A stretch of 64,000 nt of DNA from an uncultured bacterium (GCA_937930175.1 CALGLP010000009.1:549-64548); one strand, 5' to 3'; positions 1-11,260 are shown, numbered from the stretch's first letter. The notes: generated from the sequence alone by a model not told the origin. Translations and numbers: made by a program.

Positions 1-113
1 AGCAAAACAGCGGAGGCAACAACAGGGCCGGCCAAGGGTCCTCGGCCGGCCTCATCAATACCAATAATAATTTCGAAACCTTCGTCTTTGGCTTTATTCT
101 CGAAGGAAAGCAT
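1..113 (-). CDS. rnhB: Ribonuclease HII, N-terminal fragment (runs off window start)
   Basis: Minus-strand translation from the ATG at 111-113 gives [38 protein letters not shown], the RNase HII N-terminal DEAGRGP motif. It lies directly downstream of rplS, which is a conserved arrangement. Not in the ORF track because it is under 60 aa inside the window. Confidence 0.8.
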   Translation of the reverse strand, partial: MLSFENKAKDEGFEIIIGIDEAGRGPLAGPVVASAVL

Positions 114-120
114 CCAGCAA

Positions 121-483
121 TTAGGCTTGGGTCGCCTCTTTGTCAACGCGAGCACTCTTGCCTGTACGTCCACGAAGATAATATAATTTACTACGTTTCT
201 TAATCCCCTTGGCCACAACATCCAAGCTGTCGATCATCGGAGAATGCAGAGGAAAAGTTCTTTCCACGCCTTCACCAAAAGAAACCTTACGAAGCGTAAA
301 TGTTCCCTTAAGCCCTCGTCCTGTTTTGCGGATCACGGTTCCTTCAAAGGGATGAAGACGGACCTTGTCCCCTTCCGCTACCTTGACGAACATCTTCACG
401 TTGTCGCCGACTTTAAAATCCGGCAATTTCTTTTGATATTTGTTTTCAATGTCTTTGATCACGGCTCCTATATTACTAACCAT
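121..483 (-). CDS. rplS: 50S ribosomal protein L19
   Basis: ORF 121..510 on the minus strand. An internal Met ([30 protein letters not shown]...) gives the typical ~120-aa L19, and the ATG sits at 481-483. The trmD-rplS operon order is conserved. Confidence 0.9.
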   Translation of the reverse strand: MVSNIGAVIKDIENKYQKKLPDFKVGDNVKMFVKVAEGDKVRLHPFEGTVIRKTGRGLKGTFTLRKVSFGEGVERTFPLHSPMIDSLDVVAKGIKKRSKLYYLRGRTGKSARVDKEATQA

Positions 484-519
484 AGCAAACAACCCCCTTT
501 GTTGTACCACAACACCCTT

Positions 520-1194
520 TTATTTTAACAAATCCGGACGGATTTTCTTAGTCCTAAGAATGGATTGCTGCCAACGCCATTCTTTAATGCCTTGATGATT
601 TCCCGATAATAGCACATTTGGAACCTTCATGCCAATAAAATTTGCCGGCCGCGTATAGTGGGGATACTCTAAAAGATTGCGCTCAAAGGATTCATCCTTT
701 AAGGAGCTTTCGCGCCCCACGACGCCGGGCAAAAGGCGCGTAACGCTATCGACAACAACCATGGCAGGAATTTCTCCCCCGGTCAAGACATAGTCGCCAA
801 TAGAAATACTTTCATCGACGAGAAAATCGCGGACACGTTCATCAACTCCCTCGTAGTGCCCACAAATAATGATCACGTTCTTTTCTTTGGCAAGACGATA
901 GGCTTGTTTTTGATGAAAGGGCGTTCCCGAGGGTGTCATCAAAAGGACCTTGGCCTTTTTCCTCCCCTTGATCTTTTTAACCGCATGAAAAATAGGCTCT
1001 GGCTGCATCACCATGCCCGGCCCCCCACCAAAGGGCTTGTCATCAACCTTACGGTGTTTGTCTTTGACGTAATCCCTAAGATCATGAACGCGGATGATAA
1101 CCTTTTTCTTTTCTTGGGCGCGCTTGATGATGGATTCAGAAAATACACCATCAAAAGACTTGGGGAAGATCGTTATAATGTCGAACCGTAACAT
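520..1194 (-). CDS. trmD: tRNA (guanine37-N1)-methyltransferase
   Basis: 224 aa starting MLRFDIITIFP..., with the SPOUT-fold TrmD motifs (VLLMTPSG, GHYEGVDERV). It is immediately upstream of rplS. Confidence 0.92.
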   Translation of the reverse strand: MLRFDIITIFPKSFDGVFSESIIKRAQEKKKVIIRVHDLRDYVKDKHRKVDDKPFGGGPGMVMQPEPIFHAVKKIKGRKKAKVLLMTPSGTPFHQKQAYRLAKEKNVIIICGHYEGVDERVRDFLVDESISIGDYVLTGGEIPAMVVVDSVTRLLPGVVGRESSLKDESFERNLLEYPHYTRPANFIGMKVPNVLLSGNHQGIKEWRWQQSILRTKKIRPDLLK

Positions 1195-2297
1195 GAGAGG
1201 AATTCCTTTTGAAATTCTAAAAATTTATTCGCTTCGATAGCCGCACGGATCTGCGCCATCAACTTGATATAAAAATAAAGATTGTGATACGATGTCATCC
1301 TTAATCCTGTAAGTTCTTCGATCGTAAATAAGTGACGGATATAACTGCGCGAATACCGTTTGCACACAAAACAATCGCATGTTTCATCTAACGGGCGCAT
1401 GTCTTTAGCAAATTCTAAATTTCTTACAATGATCCGGCCCTGACGGGTAAAGGCCGACCCATAGCGACCATAGCGCGTCGGCACGCAGGTGTCGAACATG
1501 TCAACACCTTCCCCTACAGCTCTCACGATCTGATCTGGCATACCGATCCCCATCACATACCGCGGTTTATCTGTCGGTAGAAATGGTATGACATGAGAGA
1601 TCGCTTCAAACATCAGATCGATCGGCTCCCCGACACTCACTCCACCAATGGCATAACCATCAAATCCAATCCCAACGATCTCTTCGGCGGACATACGGCG
1701 TAAGCTTTCATAATGCGAGCCCTGAACTATGCCAAACAAGGACTGACGTTCATGATAAGGGCTTTTGAGGAAATGCTCTCGCGATCGCCGTGCCCAAAGC
1801 CCTGTGCGCTTTACAGCTTCCTTGGCTTGTTTTTCATCGCAAGGATAGGGTGCGCATTCATCTAAAGGCATCATGATATCCGATCGCAAAATTCCTTGCA
1901 CGTCAACGATATCCTCTGGCGTAAAAAAATGCAAAGATCCGTCAATATGCGAACGGAATTCCACGCCCTTATCCGTGAGCTTACGGAACTTTGCCAGGCT
2001 AAAGATCTGATAACCGCCGCTATCGGTCAAGATCGGCTTATCCCAGCCCATAAACTGATGAAGCCCACCAGTATTCTTGATGAGCTCAAGACCGGGACGC
2101 AAATAAAGATGATAGGTATTTGATAGGACAATCTGAGCACCCATACCCTCCAGGTCTTCATTGGTTAAAGACTTAACGGTCGCGTTCGTGCCAACCGACA
2201 TAAAAAATGGCGTCTGGATCTCCCCGTGATGTGTCTTGAGAACACCGCGGCGAGCCTTGGTTTCGACATCTTTTGTTTTGAGTATAAATGTTTTCAT
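1173..2297 (-). CDS. tgt: Queuine tRNA-ribosyltransferase (tRNA-guanine transglycosylase)
   Basis: 374 aa starting MKTFILKTKD..ARRGVLKTHHGEIQTPFFMSVGT, with the Zn site CDCFVC...H near the C-terminus. Typical TGT length. Confidence 0.9.
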   Translation of the reverse strand: MKTFILKTKDVETKARRGVLKTHHGEIQTPFFMSVGTNATVKSLTNEDLEGMGAQIVLSNTYHLYLRPGLELIKNTGGLHQFMGWDKPILTDSGGYQIFSLAKFRKLTDKGVEFRSHIDGSLHFFTPEDIVDVQGILRSDIMMPLDECAPYPCDEKQAKEAVKRTGLWARRSREHFLKSPYHERQSLFGIVQGSHYESLRRMSAEEIVGIGFDGYAIGGVSVGEPIDLMFEAISHVIPFLPTDKPRYVMGIGMPDQIVRAVGEGVDMFDTCVPTRYGRYGSAFTRQGRIIVRNLEFAKDMRPLDETCDCFVCKRYSRSYIRHLFTIEELTGLRMTSYHNLYFYIKLMAQIRAAIEANKFLEFQKEFLSCYGSTL

Positions 2298-2300
2298 AAA

Positions 2301-3311
2301 TTATAGTATGAGCATGCAATCGCCATAACTGTAAAACCGGTATTTTTCTTTAATAGCTTCCTGATAGGCCTTCATCACAAAATCGGTTGACGCAAATCCA
2401 CACACCAGCATTAAAAGCGTGCTTTTGGGTAAATGAAAATTTGTCAACAAAGCATCCACCATTTTAAACGAAAAACCTGGATACACAAACAAATTTGTGC
2501 TCCCTGCGAGTTTACCACTCTGAGCGTAGGACTCAAGAACCCGGCAGCTGGTAGTTCCCACGGCGACGATCTTTTGGCCCTTGGCCTTAGCTTTTTTTAA
2601 CCGTTGCATGATCGCGCTAGAAACAGAATAATCCTCAAAATGCATCTGATGCCGAGTGATATCATTCTCCTGGACAGGCCGAAAAGTGCCATAGCTGACA
2701 TGCAAGGTCACTTTACCAAATCGATGACCAGACTTTTGAAGATCATTTAAGATCTTGTTCGTAAAATGCAGCCCTGCCGTAGGCGCGGCTACAGAGCCCG
2801 GATGCTTGGCGTAAACGGTCTGATAATCTTTTCTGTCCGACTTCTCGTCATTTCGACGAATATAAGGCGGCAGGGGCATATGACCTATTTTCTTTAAATG
2901 CGCCATGACGTTTTTCTTATTAAACTGAACGATCTTCTGGGCATGATCAATCAACGTGGCGCGAAGATCCGTTCCTTCAAAGACGATCGTATCCTCATAT
3001 CTGATCTTCTTCAGAGGCCGCAACAGCGCATGATAACGGCTTCCGCCTTCCAAAGGACTCAAGAGAAATATTTCAACTTCCCTGCCCGTTCGTTCCAGGC
3101 GGCCTAGAAGCCGCGCGGGAACAACCTTGCTATCATTGGCAACCAGCAAAGACTTTGCAGGAAGATAACGGCCAATATTAAAGAAACGGTCATGGATAAT
3201 TTCTTGACGCTGCCGGTCAAGGACCATTAATCGCGCGTGATCTCTTTTCTTTAAAGGGTATTGAGCGATTGCTTCTTGAGGAAGTTGGTAATCAAAATCT
3301 GAAAGCTTCAT
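2301..3311 (-). CDS. queA: S-adenosylmethionine:tRNA ribosyltransferase-isomerase
   Basis: Starts at the ATG at 3309-3311 (MKLSDFDYQLPQEAIAQYP...), which overlaps the upstream gene's stop as ATGA. QueA-typical N-terminus and length (~337 aa). Forms a tgt-queA queuosine pair. Confidence 0.9.
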   Translation of the reverse strand: MKLSDFDYQLPQEAIAQYPLKKRDHARLMVLDRQRQEIIHDRFFNIGRYLPAKSLLVANDSKVVPARLLGRLERTGREVEIFLLSPLEGGSRYHALLRPLKKIRYEDTIVFEGTDLRATLIDHAQKIVQFNKKNVMAHLKKIGHMPLPPYIRRNDEKSDRKDYQTVYAKHPGSVAAPTAGLHFTNKILNDLQKSGHRFGKVTLHVSYGTFRPVQENDITRHQMHFEDYSVSSAIMQRLKKAKAKGQKIVAVGTTSCRVLESYAQSGKLAGSTNLFVYPGFSFKMVDALLTNFHLPKSTLLMLVCGFASTDFVMKAYQEAIKEKYRFYSYGDCMLIL

Positions 3312-4486
3312 CGATCGCTTTGGTCGCAATCATAATAACGCATAATTTCAACACCAGGATAGTAATACTTAAGAATATCGCCGAACGAATAACCTTCACG
3401 TGCCATAAAATTAGCACCCCATTGACACAAGCCAACCCCATGACCCCACCCTTTTCCATAAATATCGATAAAATACCCTTTCATCTCAATATCATAATTA
3501 TTACTTTTGATCAAATTAGGGCCAATAATATTACGAAAATCTTTTCCTGAGATAAAAACTTCTTTATGATCTCTTGTGGTAATTTTAAGGTCTCGAATTC
3601 TCTGGCTTTGATCACGCTCAACAATAGCAATATCTTTGATAAGGCCTAGCGTATACCCTTGCGCATTAAGCTTGTCTTGAATATCTTTAAGGCGTAGATT
3701 TCTTTTCCACGCCATATGCGGTGACTCTTTGCAAAAAACGCAGACGACCCCTTGTAGCGGCGACATACTCCCGCCCCAGAGTTCGCCAACATCTTCGGTA
3801 TGCCCAGCACAGGTCGCATGATAATACGCGGGAATTGTCTTCTGATTATATATCAACACAAGGCTTTTCGTTCGCTCAACGGCAAGGCTTGTGCGATATT
3901 TTTCAGCGCTTTGCCCACCATACATCTGAGAAAAGATATCACTTGTCAGATCATACAAAGGGTATTTCTTCTGTTTCTTGATATACAACGTGTAGGTCCT
4001 TGCGACAATAGCCTGCGCTTTAATAGCCTCCAAGGGCCAACGATCAGGGATCTCTTTAGGTACAACACCCTTAAGATAATCCTCAAGCTCAAGGGTGTTA
4101 ACAACCGTCAGTTTGCTTGTCCCAGTTCGAATAAAACTAATATCCCCTCGATAGCATTGACCATTAATAAAAAAGGCCGCTTCTTTTTGGGCAACAACGT
4201 TAATCGACGATACCCTAAAAAGATTATCCGCCCAGTGAATGCCCTGTTCTGAAGCAGAAATCGCCGCTGTCCGAAGACCGTTTTCCTCTACAAGTTTCTG
4301 GCCGGACATTACATCAGTAACGGTATAAGGTCCACGAACCTCAATGGTGCAGGTAACCACGTCTTTTAAAAGAGCAACACGGATCATGTTCGCCGGAGCC
4401 TGAACTTTTTCAACAAAAATGGTCGAAAGCGCGCATCCCGATAATAGAAAAAGTGAGAATAAACATTGAAGAGTTTTTTTTCTCAT
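3308..4486 (-). CDS. SpoIID/LytB-domain protein (amidase-enhancer-like lipoprotein)
   Basis: ORF 3308..4513, with a probable start at MRKKTLQCLFSLFLLSGCALS (signal peptide plus lipobox). The SpoIID/LytB family signature is in the C-terminal half (GHGVGLCQWGA). Confidence 0.75.
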   Translation of the reverse strand: MRKKTLQCLFSLFLLSGCALSTIFVEKVQAPANMIRVALLKDVVTCTIEVRGPYTVTDVMSGQKLVEENGLRTAAISASEQGIHWADNLFRVSSINVVAQKEAAFFINGQCYRGDISFIRTGTSKLTVVNTLELEDYLKGVVPKEIPDRWPLEAIKAQAIVARTYTLYIKKQKKYPLYDLTSDIFSQMYGGQSAEKYRTSLAVERTKSLVLIYNQKTIPAYYHATCAGHTEDVGELWGGSMSPLQGVVCVFCKESPHMAWKRNLRLKDIQDKLNAQGYTLGLIKDIAIVERDQSQRIRDLKITTRDHKEVFISGKDFRNIIGPNLIKSNNYDIEMKGYFIDIYGKGWGHGVGLCQWGANFMAREGYSFGDILKYYYPGVEIMRYYDCDQSDR

Positions 4487-4488
4487 GA

Positions 4489-4704
4489 TCATTTCTGGCG
4501 GAAAGCCATCCACAAAAGGCTTAAGATCGCGCTAAGAATAAGCGACGTTGTTAAAGGAAAATAAAAAGTAATATTCTCTTTTTTGATTAAGATATCACCG
4601 GGCAATCGTCCAAGACCAGGGATGCGCCCCCCAAAAACAATAATCAAGCCTAAAGCAATAAAAACAAAACCTGAAAAGATAAGAATCTTGCCAAGGCCCA
4701 TCAT
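4489..4704 (-). CDS. Small membrane protein, DUF2905-like
   Basis: ~71 aa starting MMGLGKILIFSGFVFIALGLIIVFGGRIPGLGRLPGDI...; two TM segments and the PGDI motif typical of DUF2905. The start was chosen just after the ruvB stop. Confidence 0.6.
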   Translation of the reverse strand: MMGLGKILIFSGFVFIALGLIIVFGGRIPGLGRLPGDILIKKENITFYFPLTTSLILSAILSLLWMAFRQK

Positions 4705-4708
4705 AGGA

Positions 4709-5746
4709 TTACTTAAATAAGTCCCCCTCACGATCTTTAGCTCTTAGTTGAGAACCAATATGCTTGTGGCCTTCCGCTGTGAGCTCACGGCCACGCTGCG
4801 TACGCCTTAGAAATCCCCTTTTCAATAAAAACGGCTCAACCACATCCACAACCGTATCCACTTCCTCGTTAAGCGTTGCGGCAATCGCTTCCACACCAAC
4901 AGGCCCACCTTGATAATGATCACGCATGGCACTCATCAAACGACGATCAACCTCATCTAAGCCTTCCGCATCAATTCCTAGAGTCATCATAGCCTTTAAG
5001 GCAACTTCTAACGTGATCGCTCCGCCTTGGGTCTTCACCTGCGCGTAATCACGCACGCGACGCAAGAGCCTATTAGCAATACGCGGCGTTCCCCTGGCTC
5101 GACGTGCAATCTCCTGAGCCGCATCTGCCTTTAAGACAACCGATAACTTTTTTGCGGAATTCATAATAATCTGTTCAAGGTCTTCAACGTGATAAAAATC
5201 CAAATGATGAAAAATACCAAAGCGATCACGTAGGGGTGAGGCCAAAAGCCCGCTGCGGGTCGTCGCGCCTATCAGAGTAAAAGGTTTTAAATTAAATTTA
5301 ATGGTCTTAGCATAGGGACCTTTATCAACAATAAAATCAATTTGAAAACTTTCCATAGCCGGATAAAGAAACTCTTCAACGGTTTTGGAAAGCCGATGGA
5401 TCTCGTCAATAAAAAGCACATCCCCTTGCCCTAGATTAGTCAGGATCCCGATAAAATCACCCGCACGATCAATGGCCGGCCCTGAGGTCACGGTGATGCG
5501 TGTATTCATCTCATGGGCAATAATATACGCTAGCGATGTTTTTCCAAGCCCTGGCGGCCCTGAAAAAAGCATGTGCTCGATCGATTCTCCTCGCTGCTGC
5601 GCAGCCTGAAGAGAAACTTTAAGGCTTTCCACCAGATCCTTCTGTCCAATAAAATCATCAAGCTTCGAAGGCCTTAAGGAAAGACTGACAATAGCATCTT
5701 CTTCGGTTTCTTTATTGAGAATAAGTCGTTGTCGTTCGTCAGCCAT
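4709..5746 (-). CDS. ruvB: Holliday junction branch-migration ATPase RuvB
   Basis: 345 aa with a Walker A (GPPGLGKTSLA), an AAA+ RuvB N-domain and a C-terminal winged helix. The LRP..LDDFIGQ motif is typical of RuvB. Confidence 0.93.
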   Translation of the reverse strand: MADERQRLILNKETEEDAIVSLSLRPSKLDDFIGQKDLVESLKVSLQAAQQRGESIEHMLFSGPPGLGKTSLAYIIAHEMNTRITVTSGPAIDRAGDFIGILTNLGQGDVLFIDEIHRLSKTVEEFLYPAMESFQIDFIVDKGPYAKTIKFNLKPFTLIGATTRSGLLASPLRDRFGIFHHLDFYHVEDLEQIIMNSAKKLSVVLKADAAQEIARRARGTPRIANRLLRRVRDYAQVKTQGGAITLEVALKAMMTLGIDAEGLDEVDRRLMSAMRDHYQGGPVGVEAIAATLNEEVDTVVDVVEPFLLKRGFLRRTQRGRELTAEGHKHIGSQLRAKDREGDLFK

Positions 5747-5747
5747 A

Positions 5748-6587
5748 TTACGAAAGGGGTTGGGATGGATCGTTTTCTACGGGCGTTGGGTCCTCTGGTT
5801 TGTCGTCTTGTTGCTGCTCAGCTGGCGCATCATTGGTCTCAAGGTCATGAAACGACGTAGAAATATTTTCCTTATTACGAATAACTTCGATCTCGCTAAA
5901 AATGCCTTTTTGCATGGCCACAACTTCGCGTAAACGAATCAACTCCAAGATCGCCATGAAGGTAACAATAATCTCATCCTTACTTCGCGCCTTCGCGAAT
6001 AGATCGGTCAAAAAAACACTGGAGCGATGCAAAAATAAATGCAAAATATCATGAATCTTTTGCTCAACGGTAAATTCCTCTTTCATCACCTCATAAAAGA
6101 CATCCTTAGGAACATTTTTAAGCGCGTTAGCAAAAGCTGAAATAAGATCAAAAAGATTTGCCTCAAAATAAACCTCGGTGGCCTCTTCCTTCATCTCCTT
6201 GATCTTCTCTTCATCGGGAGTTCGGCGAAAGAAATCCTGACGCACCATTTCCTTGTTACGTAAATCATCGGCCGCTTCCTTAAACTTTTTATACTCCAAA
6301 AGGCGTCGCACGAGTTCATCACGAGGATCCTCTTCTTCTTTGGCTTGCTCGCTTGGGTCCGGGGGAAGAAGCATCTTGGATTTGATCTGCATAAGCGTTG
6401 CGGCCATCACAAGAAAATCTCCCACCACATCCAAATCTAGAAGCTTGATCAAATCAAGATACTCCAAATATTGTTCCGTGATCTGAGCAATAGGAATATC
6501 GTAAATATTGACTTCGTCTTTCTTGATCAAATACAAGAGAAGATCAAGCGGCCCTTCAAAAACCTCAAGTTTGATTTTATAGCTCAT
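5748..6587 (-). CDS. scpA: Segregation and condensation protein A (kleisin)
   Basis: MSYKIKLEVFEGPLDLLLYLIKKDEVNIYDIPIAQITEQYLEYL is the canonical ScpA N-terminus. It carries an acidic, Pro-rich C-terminal tail. An internal start was chosen to limit overlap with trpS. Confidence 0.85.
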   Translation of the reverse strand: MSYKIKLEVFEGPLDLLLYLIKKDEVNIYDIPIAQITEQYLEYLDLIKLLDLDVVGDFLVMAATLMQIKSKMLLPPDPSEQAKEEEDPRDELVRRLLEYKKFKEAADDLRNKEMVRQDFFRRTPDEEKIKEMKEEATEVYFEANLFDLISAFANALKNVPKDVFYEVMKEEFTVEQKIHDILHLFLHRSSVFLTDLFAKARSKDEIIVTFMAILELIRLREVVAMQKGIFSEIEVIRNKENISTSFHDLETNDAPAEQQQDDKPEDPTPVENDPSQPLS

Positions 6588-7581
6588 AATGTCCAAAAAC
6601 TTTTTGACGAACTTCACTCATGGTGGATGAGGCGATGACCCTTGCTTTTTTCGCACCATCGTTAAGGATTGCCATCACGCGCCCTTTATCTTTCAAAAGT
6701 TCTTCACGTTTCTCCTGAATAGGCTTAAGCCGCGTCATAATCTCTTGCGCAAGGATCTTTTTACATTCAGTGCATCCTTTGTGCGCTTTAACACACCAGG
6801 AACACACCTCGGCCTCCCTTGACGGAGCAAAAACCTGATAATAGCTAAAAACATTGCACACTTCAGGGTGCCCTGGATCGCTTAGCTTGATACGCTGGGG
6901 ATCGGTGATCATCGAGGAAATCTTTTTCTCAACCACGTCTTGAGGATCGGAGAGATTAATCGCGTTGTCATAGCTCTTACTCATCTTGCGGCCATCAAGG
7001 CCCAAGAGGCGTGGATTGGCTGTCAAAATCGCTTTGCAATCACTAAATACTTCATCTTTGTAGAGAAGATTAAATTTTCTTGCGATTTCACGGGTCAACT
7101 CAACATGCGGAAGTTGATCTTCACCAATTGGAACAGCTTGGGCTTTATAAAGCAAGATGTCCGCGGCCTGCAAAACGGGATATCCTAAGAACCCATACGT
7201 ATGCAAATCACGCGTTTTGAGCTCTCGCAGCTGCTCTTTGTAGGTGGGGTTACGCTCAAGCCATCCTAAAGGGGTAAAGCAGGAAAAAAACATATACAGT
7301 TCCAAGTGTTCCGGAACATGGGATTGAATAAAAAGAATGGATTTTTCCGGATCGATCCCGCAGGCCATCCAATCAACCGCCATCTCAAAAACATTTTCCT
7401 TAATTTTTGCACTGTCTTCATATTCCCCCATCAAGGCATGCCAATCCACAATACTAAAAACACAGTGGTATTCATCCTGAAGAGCAACCCAATTACTCAA
7501 CGCCCCCACGAGATGGCCTAGATGTAGCTTTCCCGTTGGACGCATACCGCTAAAAATCTTCTTCTTTATCATTCTGGGCAT
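6577..7581 (-). CDS. trpS: Tryptophanyl-tRNA synthetase
   Basis: 334 aa class I aaRS with the HIGH-like motif (TGKLHLGHLVGA) and KMSKS. Typical TrpRS length. Confidence 0.92.
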   Translation of the reverse strand: MPRMIKKKIFSGMRPTGKLHLGHLVGALSNWVALQDEYHCVFSIVDWHALMGEYEDSAKIKENVFEMAVDWMACGIDPEKSILFIQSHVPEHLELYMFFSCFTPLGWLERNPTYKEQLRELKTRDLHTYGFLGYPVLQAADILLYKAQAVPIGEDQLPHVELTREIARKFNLLYKDEVFSDCKAILTANPRLLGLDGRKMSKSYDNAINLSDPQDVVEKKISSMITDPQRIKLSDPGHPEVCNVFSYYQVFAPSREAEVCSWCVKAHKGCTECKKILAQEIMTRLKPIQEKREELLKDKGRVMAILNDGAKKARVIASSTMSEVRQKVFGHYEL

Positions 7582-7584
7582 CCT

Positions 7585-10038
7585 TTAAAGTTCACGCTGA
7601 ATCGTTTCCAATTCATAAGCCTCAATGACATCACCGGGCTCAATCCCGTCGAAGCCGCGCAAGGTAATACCGCATTCAAAGCCTTCTCTTACTTCACGGA
7701 CATCATCCTTAAAACGCTTTAATGAATCGATTTCTCCCGTAAAGACCTCAGCGCCGTTTCGCATAATAGCAATTTTGGATTTGCGATCAATGCGCCCCTT
7801 TAAAACAAAACATCCCGCGACAACGCCAGATTTGCTAAGCTTAAAAACCTGACGAATTTCAACGCGTCCAATAAATCTCTTGCGAATCTTAGGCTCCAAA
7901 AGCCCTGACAATGCTTTTTTAATATCATCTACCGCATCATAAATAATACGGTACATGCGCACATCCACATTTTGCTTGGCAAGCTCTTCGGAAGCTTTTG
8001 AACTAATCTGGACGTGAAAACCCACAATAATCGCCGAAGACACCTGAGCCAAGATCACATCAGCCGCGTTAATATCACCAATCCCCGTATGAATAAATTT
8101 AATCTGCACTTCCGTATTTGACAAATTACGTAATGAATCCCGCAAAGCCTCCATCGAGCCTTGGACATCCGTCTTAAGAACAATGTTCAAATCCTTGATC
8201 TTTCCCTGCTGGATTTGCGCATAAAGCCCTTCCAGGGTAATTTTTTGATTAGATTCCAATCGCTTGCTTTTGATTTGCTGCAATCGCATCTCGCAAACTT
8301 CCCGCGCATTTTTTTCATCAGGAACAATGTAAAAGATTTCGCCTGCCTCGGGAACCCCAGAAAGTCCAAGAATTTCAACGGGCGTGGCTGGCTCAGCAAT
8401 CTTCACCGCTTGATTGTAATCGCCAAAAATCGCCTTCACTTTTCCAAAATACGGACCCGCAACAACAATATCTCCCTCTTTCAAGGTTCCACTTTGAACA
8501 ATAACAGATGCCACAGCACCTTTGCCATGGCTTAGATGCGCCTCGACCACGATCCCGGTAGCAGGCCGATCATAATTGGCTTTAAGGTCAAGCAATTCCG
8601 CTTCCAGAAGAATCATCTCCAAAAGATGATCCACGCCCTCGCCGGTTGTCGCTGATACCCCAAGGGTAATGGTCTTTCCACCCCAATCTTCAGGATTAAG
8701 ATCATTGGCAGCAAGTTGTTTTTTAACACGGTCAATATTAATATTACGTTTATCAATTTTATTAATCGCCACAACAATGGGAACACCCGCTGCACGGGCA
8801 TGGCCAATCGCTTCTTCAGTCTGAGGCATAACGCCCTCATCTGCCGCAACAACAAGAACGATCAAATCCGTAATATGCGCGCCCCGAGCCCGCATAGCTG
8901 TAAATGCCGCGTGGCCTGGGGTATCCAAAAATGTAATTTTCCCTCGGGGTGTCAAAACCGAATACGCAGCCATGTGCTGAGTGATGCCACCATGCTCCTT
9001 GTCGACAATATGACTTTTACGAATACGGTCCAGAAGCGACGTCTTGCCGTGGTCAACATGCCCCATAAACGTAATAACCGGAGGACGCGCTTTTTTAAGC
9101 CCAGGATCCCCTTGATCAGCATGCAACGCAACAAGTTGCTCTTCTTCAGTCTTCGCTTTCTTATACGAAAAATTTAAATCACCCTGAAGAGCGTTAATAG
9201 TCTCTTCATTCAGACTTTGATTAATCGTGGCTAAAATACCTTTTTGCATCAAAATCTTTAAAACAGCGCTTGGCTTTTGCTGCAACTTAATCGAAAGATC
9301 TTTAACGCTAATGGGAAAAGTCAACTCGATATCTTTTAAGGGCCGATCAACGAGTGAGGCGGAGGCCAAAGAAACTTGTGGCCGATGCGGAACATGAGAC
9401 CGATGATCAAATCGACGGCTATGCGACGGCGTGTATCGTTCTTTTTTATACTCAACAGGATTAACAGGAGAAACAACAGGTTTGAGAGGTTCTGCTTTTG
9501 CAACAACCACTGGTTTCTCAACAACCACTGGCTTTGTCACCGAGACCTTAGGCGCTAGCGCCTCTTTAGATTCTTTGGCTGCCATAGAAGCAACAACCTT
9601 GGCATCAGCAGGCTGTTTCGTTAATGCTTTGCCTTTCTTGGGTGGCACAACCTTTTCTTTCTCACCCTTTACTTCTTTCCCTTTTTCTTTCTTTGCCCTA
9701 ATGGGAACCTTCTTGGCAATGGCTTTCTTAACAACCTTTGGCTTTTCTTTAGGCTCAGGAATCTTTTTAGCCTTAGACAATTTTATCCCTTTTTGCACAA
9801 CATCAACCTCAAGCTTTTTAACTTTTTCTTTCTCTGCTTTTAAGACAACAGGCTTTTCTTCTTTTTGGACTGGAACAATTTTCCTGCCCTTTAATTCTAA
9901 AGAACGCCTCAACACAGCAATCGCTGCAGGACTAAGATCTTGCTTGGCATCTTTCGACTTAAGCTTTAAGGCTTTAAGCTCTAATAAAATATCATCGCTC
10001 TTGAGTCCATATTCTTTCGCTAAATCGGAAACTTTCAT
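7585..10038 (-). CDS. infB: Translation initiation factor IF-2
   Basis: 817 aa with a low-complexity Lys/Pro/Val-rich N-terminal region followed by the GTPase core ([21 protein letters not shown]). The nusA-infB order is conserved. Confidence 0.95.
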   Translation of the reverse strand: MKVSDLAKEYGLKSDDILLELKALKLKSKDAKQDLSPAAIAVLRRSLELKGRKIVPVQKEEKPVVLKAEKEKVKKLEVDVVQKGIKLSKAKKIPEPKEKPKVVKKAIAKKVPIRAKKEKGKEVKGEKEKVVPPKKGKALTKQPADAKVVASMAAKESKEALAPKVSVTKPVVVEKPVVVAKAEPLKPVVSPVNPVEYKKERYTPSHSRRFDHRSHVPHRPQVSLASASLVDRPLKDIELTFPISVKDLSIKLQQKPSAVLKILMQKGILATINQSLNEETINALQGDLNFSYKKAKTEEEQLVALHADQGDPGLKKARPPVITFMGHVDHGKTSLLDRIRKSHIVDKEHGGITQHMAAYSVLTPRGKITFLDTPGHAAFTAMRARGAHITDLIVLVVAADEGVMPQTEEAIGHARAAGVPIVVAINKIDKRNINIDRVKKQLAANDLNPEDWGGKTITLGVSATTGEGVDHLLEMILLEAELLDLKANYDRPATGIVVEAHLSHGKGAVASVIVQSGTLKEGDIVVAGPYFGKVKAIFGDYNQAVKIAEPATPVEILGLSGVPEAGEIFYIVPDEKNAREVCEMRLQQIKSKRLESNQKITLEGLYAQIQQGKIKDLNIVLKTDVQGSMEALRDSLRNLSNTEVQIKFIHTGIGDINAADVILAQVSSAIIVGFHVQISSKASEELAKQNVDVRMYRIIYDAVDDIKKALSGLLEPKIRKRFIGRVEIRQVFKLSKSGVVAGCFVLKGRIDRKSKIAIMRNGAEVFTGEIDSLKRFKDDVREVREGFECGITLRGFDGIEPGDVIEAYELETIQREL

Positions 10039-10057
10039 AAGCTTCTTTCTTCTCTCA

Positions 10058-11260
10058 TTATTTTTTGTTGATCATTTTTTTTGCTTCTTTAATCATTTTC
10101 TCAGCTTTGACCTTACCAAGCCCTTTGATCACAGACAACTCCTCAACAGAGCTTGCGGCAATCTTTTCAAGAGTATCCCAACCTTTCTCGTTTAACAAAA
10201 CAACAAGCTTTTCTCCCACACCAGACAAATCCGCGATGCTTCCTTCTTCATTCTCACCCACACCTTCATTAGGTTGAATAACTTCGAGGGATTGCTGGGG
10301 AAGATTTTGCGCATGCTCTTTCCATTGTGTTTCCGAGAAAACCTCGAGCTGCCATCCTACAAGTTGGCCCGCAAGACGGATATTCTGGCCATGTTTTCCA
10401 ATCGCAATTGATAATTGATCGTCCGGAACAACGATATCCGCGCGCTTGTCACTGGCGTAGAGATACATCTGCGCAATCTCCGCCGGAGAAATAGCAGCCT
10501 GAATATAAGTCTTCTTGTCTTCGCTATAGCGGACAATATCAATTTTTTCGCCATGAAGCTCGGTCACGATACTCTTGACTCGCGAACCGCGCATCCCAAC
10601 ACATGCACCTACGCAATCCACTTTATCTTCTTTAGAAGACACTGCAATCTTGGTACGCTCGCCAGGCTCGCGGGCAATACCTTTGACCTCCACAATCCCG
10701 TCATAAATCTCCGGAACCTCGAGCTCAAAAAGCCTTTTGACCAAATGCGGATGCGCCCGTGATAAAACAATCTGCGGACCCTTGTTTTCTCGTCGGACAT
10801 CTAAAATATAGGCCCGAATACGATCCCCTTGCTTAAACTCTTCTTTACTCGATTGTTCACTGCGCGGGATAAAAGCCTCCGTCTTGCTCAAGTCAACAAT
10901 AATGTTGCCTTTGTCAATGCGATAAACGCTACCCGTTACAATTTGTCCGATGCGCGCATGATATTCATTAAAGATAACATCTTTTTCTGCTTCACGAATC
11001 TTTTGAATAACAACTTGTTTGGCTGTTTGCGCGGCAATGCGCCCAAAATCTTTCGACTTAATCTCCTCACCATCGGCATAGGCAATCAACTTTCCACTCT
11101 TACGGTCCAAGACAACCTGAATTTCTTGTTCCTTGCCAACCGTGAGAATTTTCTTAGCCGCCGAGGCAACCGCCATTTCTACCGCCTGGATGAGGATTTC
11201 TTTATCGACACCCTTGTCACGTTCAATTTGATCTAAAATAATAAGTAATTCACTATCCAT
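10058..11260 (-). CDS. nusA: Transcription termination/antitermination factor NusA
   Basis: Starts at the ATG at 11258-11260 (MDSELLIILDQIERDKGV...), preceded by a GGAAGGA Shine-Dalgarno. Has S1 and KH domains and a C-terminal acidic repeat region. Confidence 0.93.
   Translation of the reverse strand: MDSELLIILDQIERDKGVDKEILIQAVEMAVASAAKKILTVGKEQEIQVVLDRKSGKLIAYADGEEIKSKDFGRIAAQTAKQVVIQKIREAEKDVIFNEYHARIGQIVTGSVYRIDKGNIIVDLSKTEAFIPRSEQSSKEEFKQGDRIRAYILDVRRENKGPQIVLSRAHPHLVKRLFELEVPEIYDGIVEVKGIAREPGERTKIAVSSKEDKVDCVGACVGMRGSRVKSIVTELHGEKIDIVRYSEDKKTYIQAAISPAEIAQMYLYASDKRADIVVPDDQLSIAIGKHGQNIRLAGQLVGWQLEVFSETQWKEHAQNLPQQSLEVIQPNEGVGENEEGSIADLSGVGEKLVVLLNEKGWDTLEKIAASSVEELSVIKGLGKVKAEKMIKEAKKMINKK

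Noticed and set aside
9431-10195. 254-aa plus-strand ORF, and many other 60-180-aa ORFs antisense to infB, the GT9 genes, topA and others
   Set aside because: They lie entirely inside well-supported minus-strand genes, are low-complexity (Ser/Thr/Phe-rich mirror images of the Lys/Glu-rich sense frame), and lack ribosome-binding sites. They are shadow ORFs.
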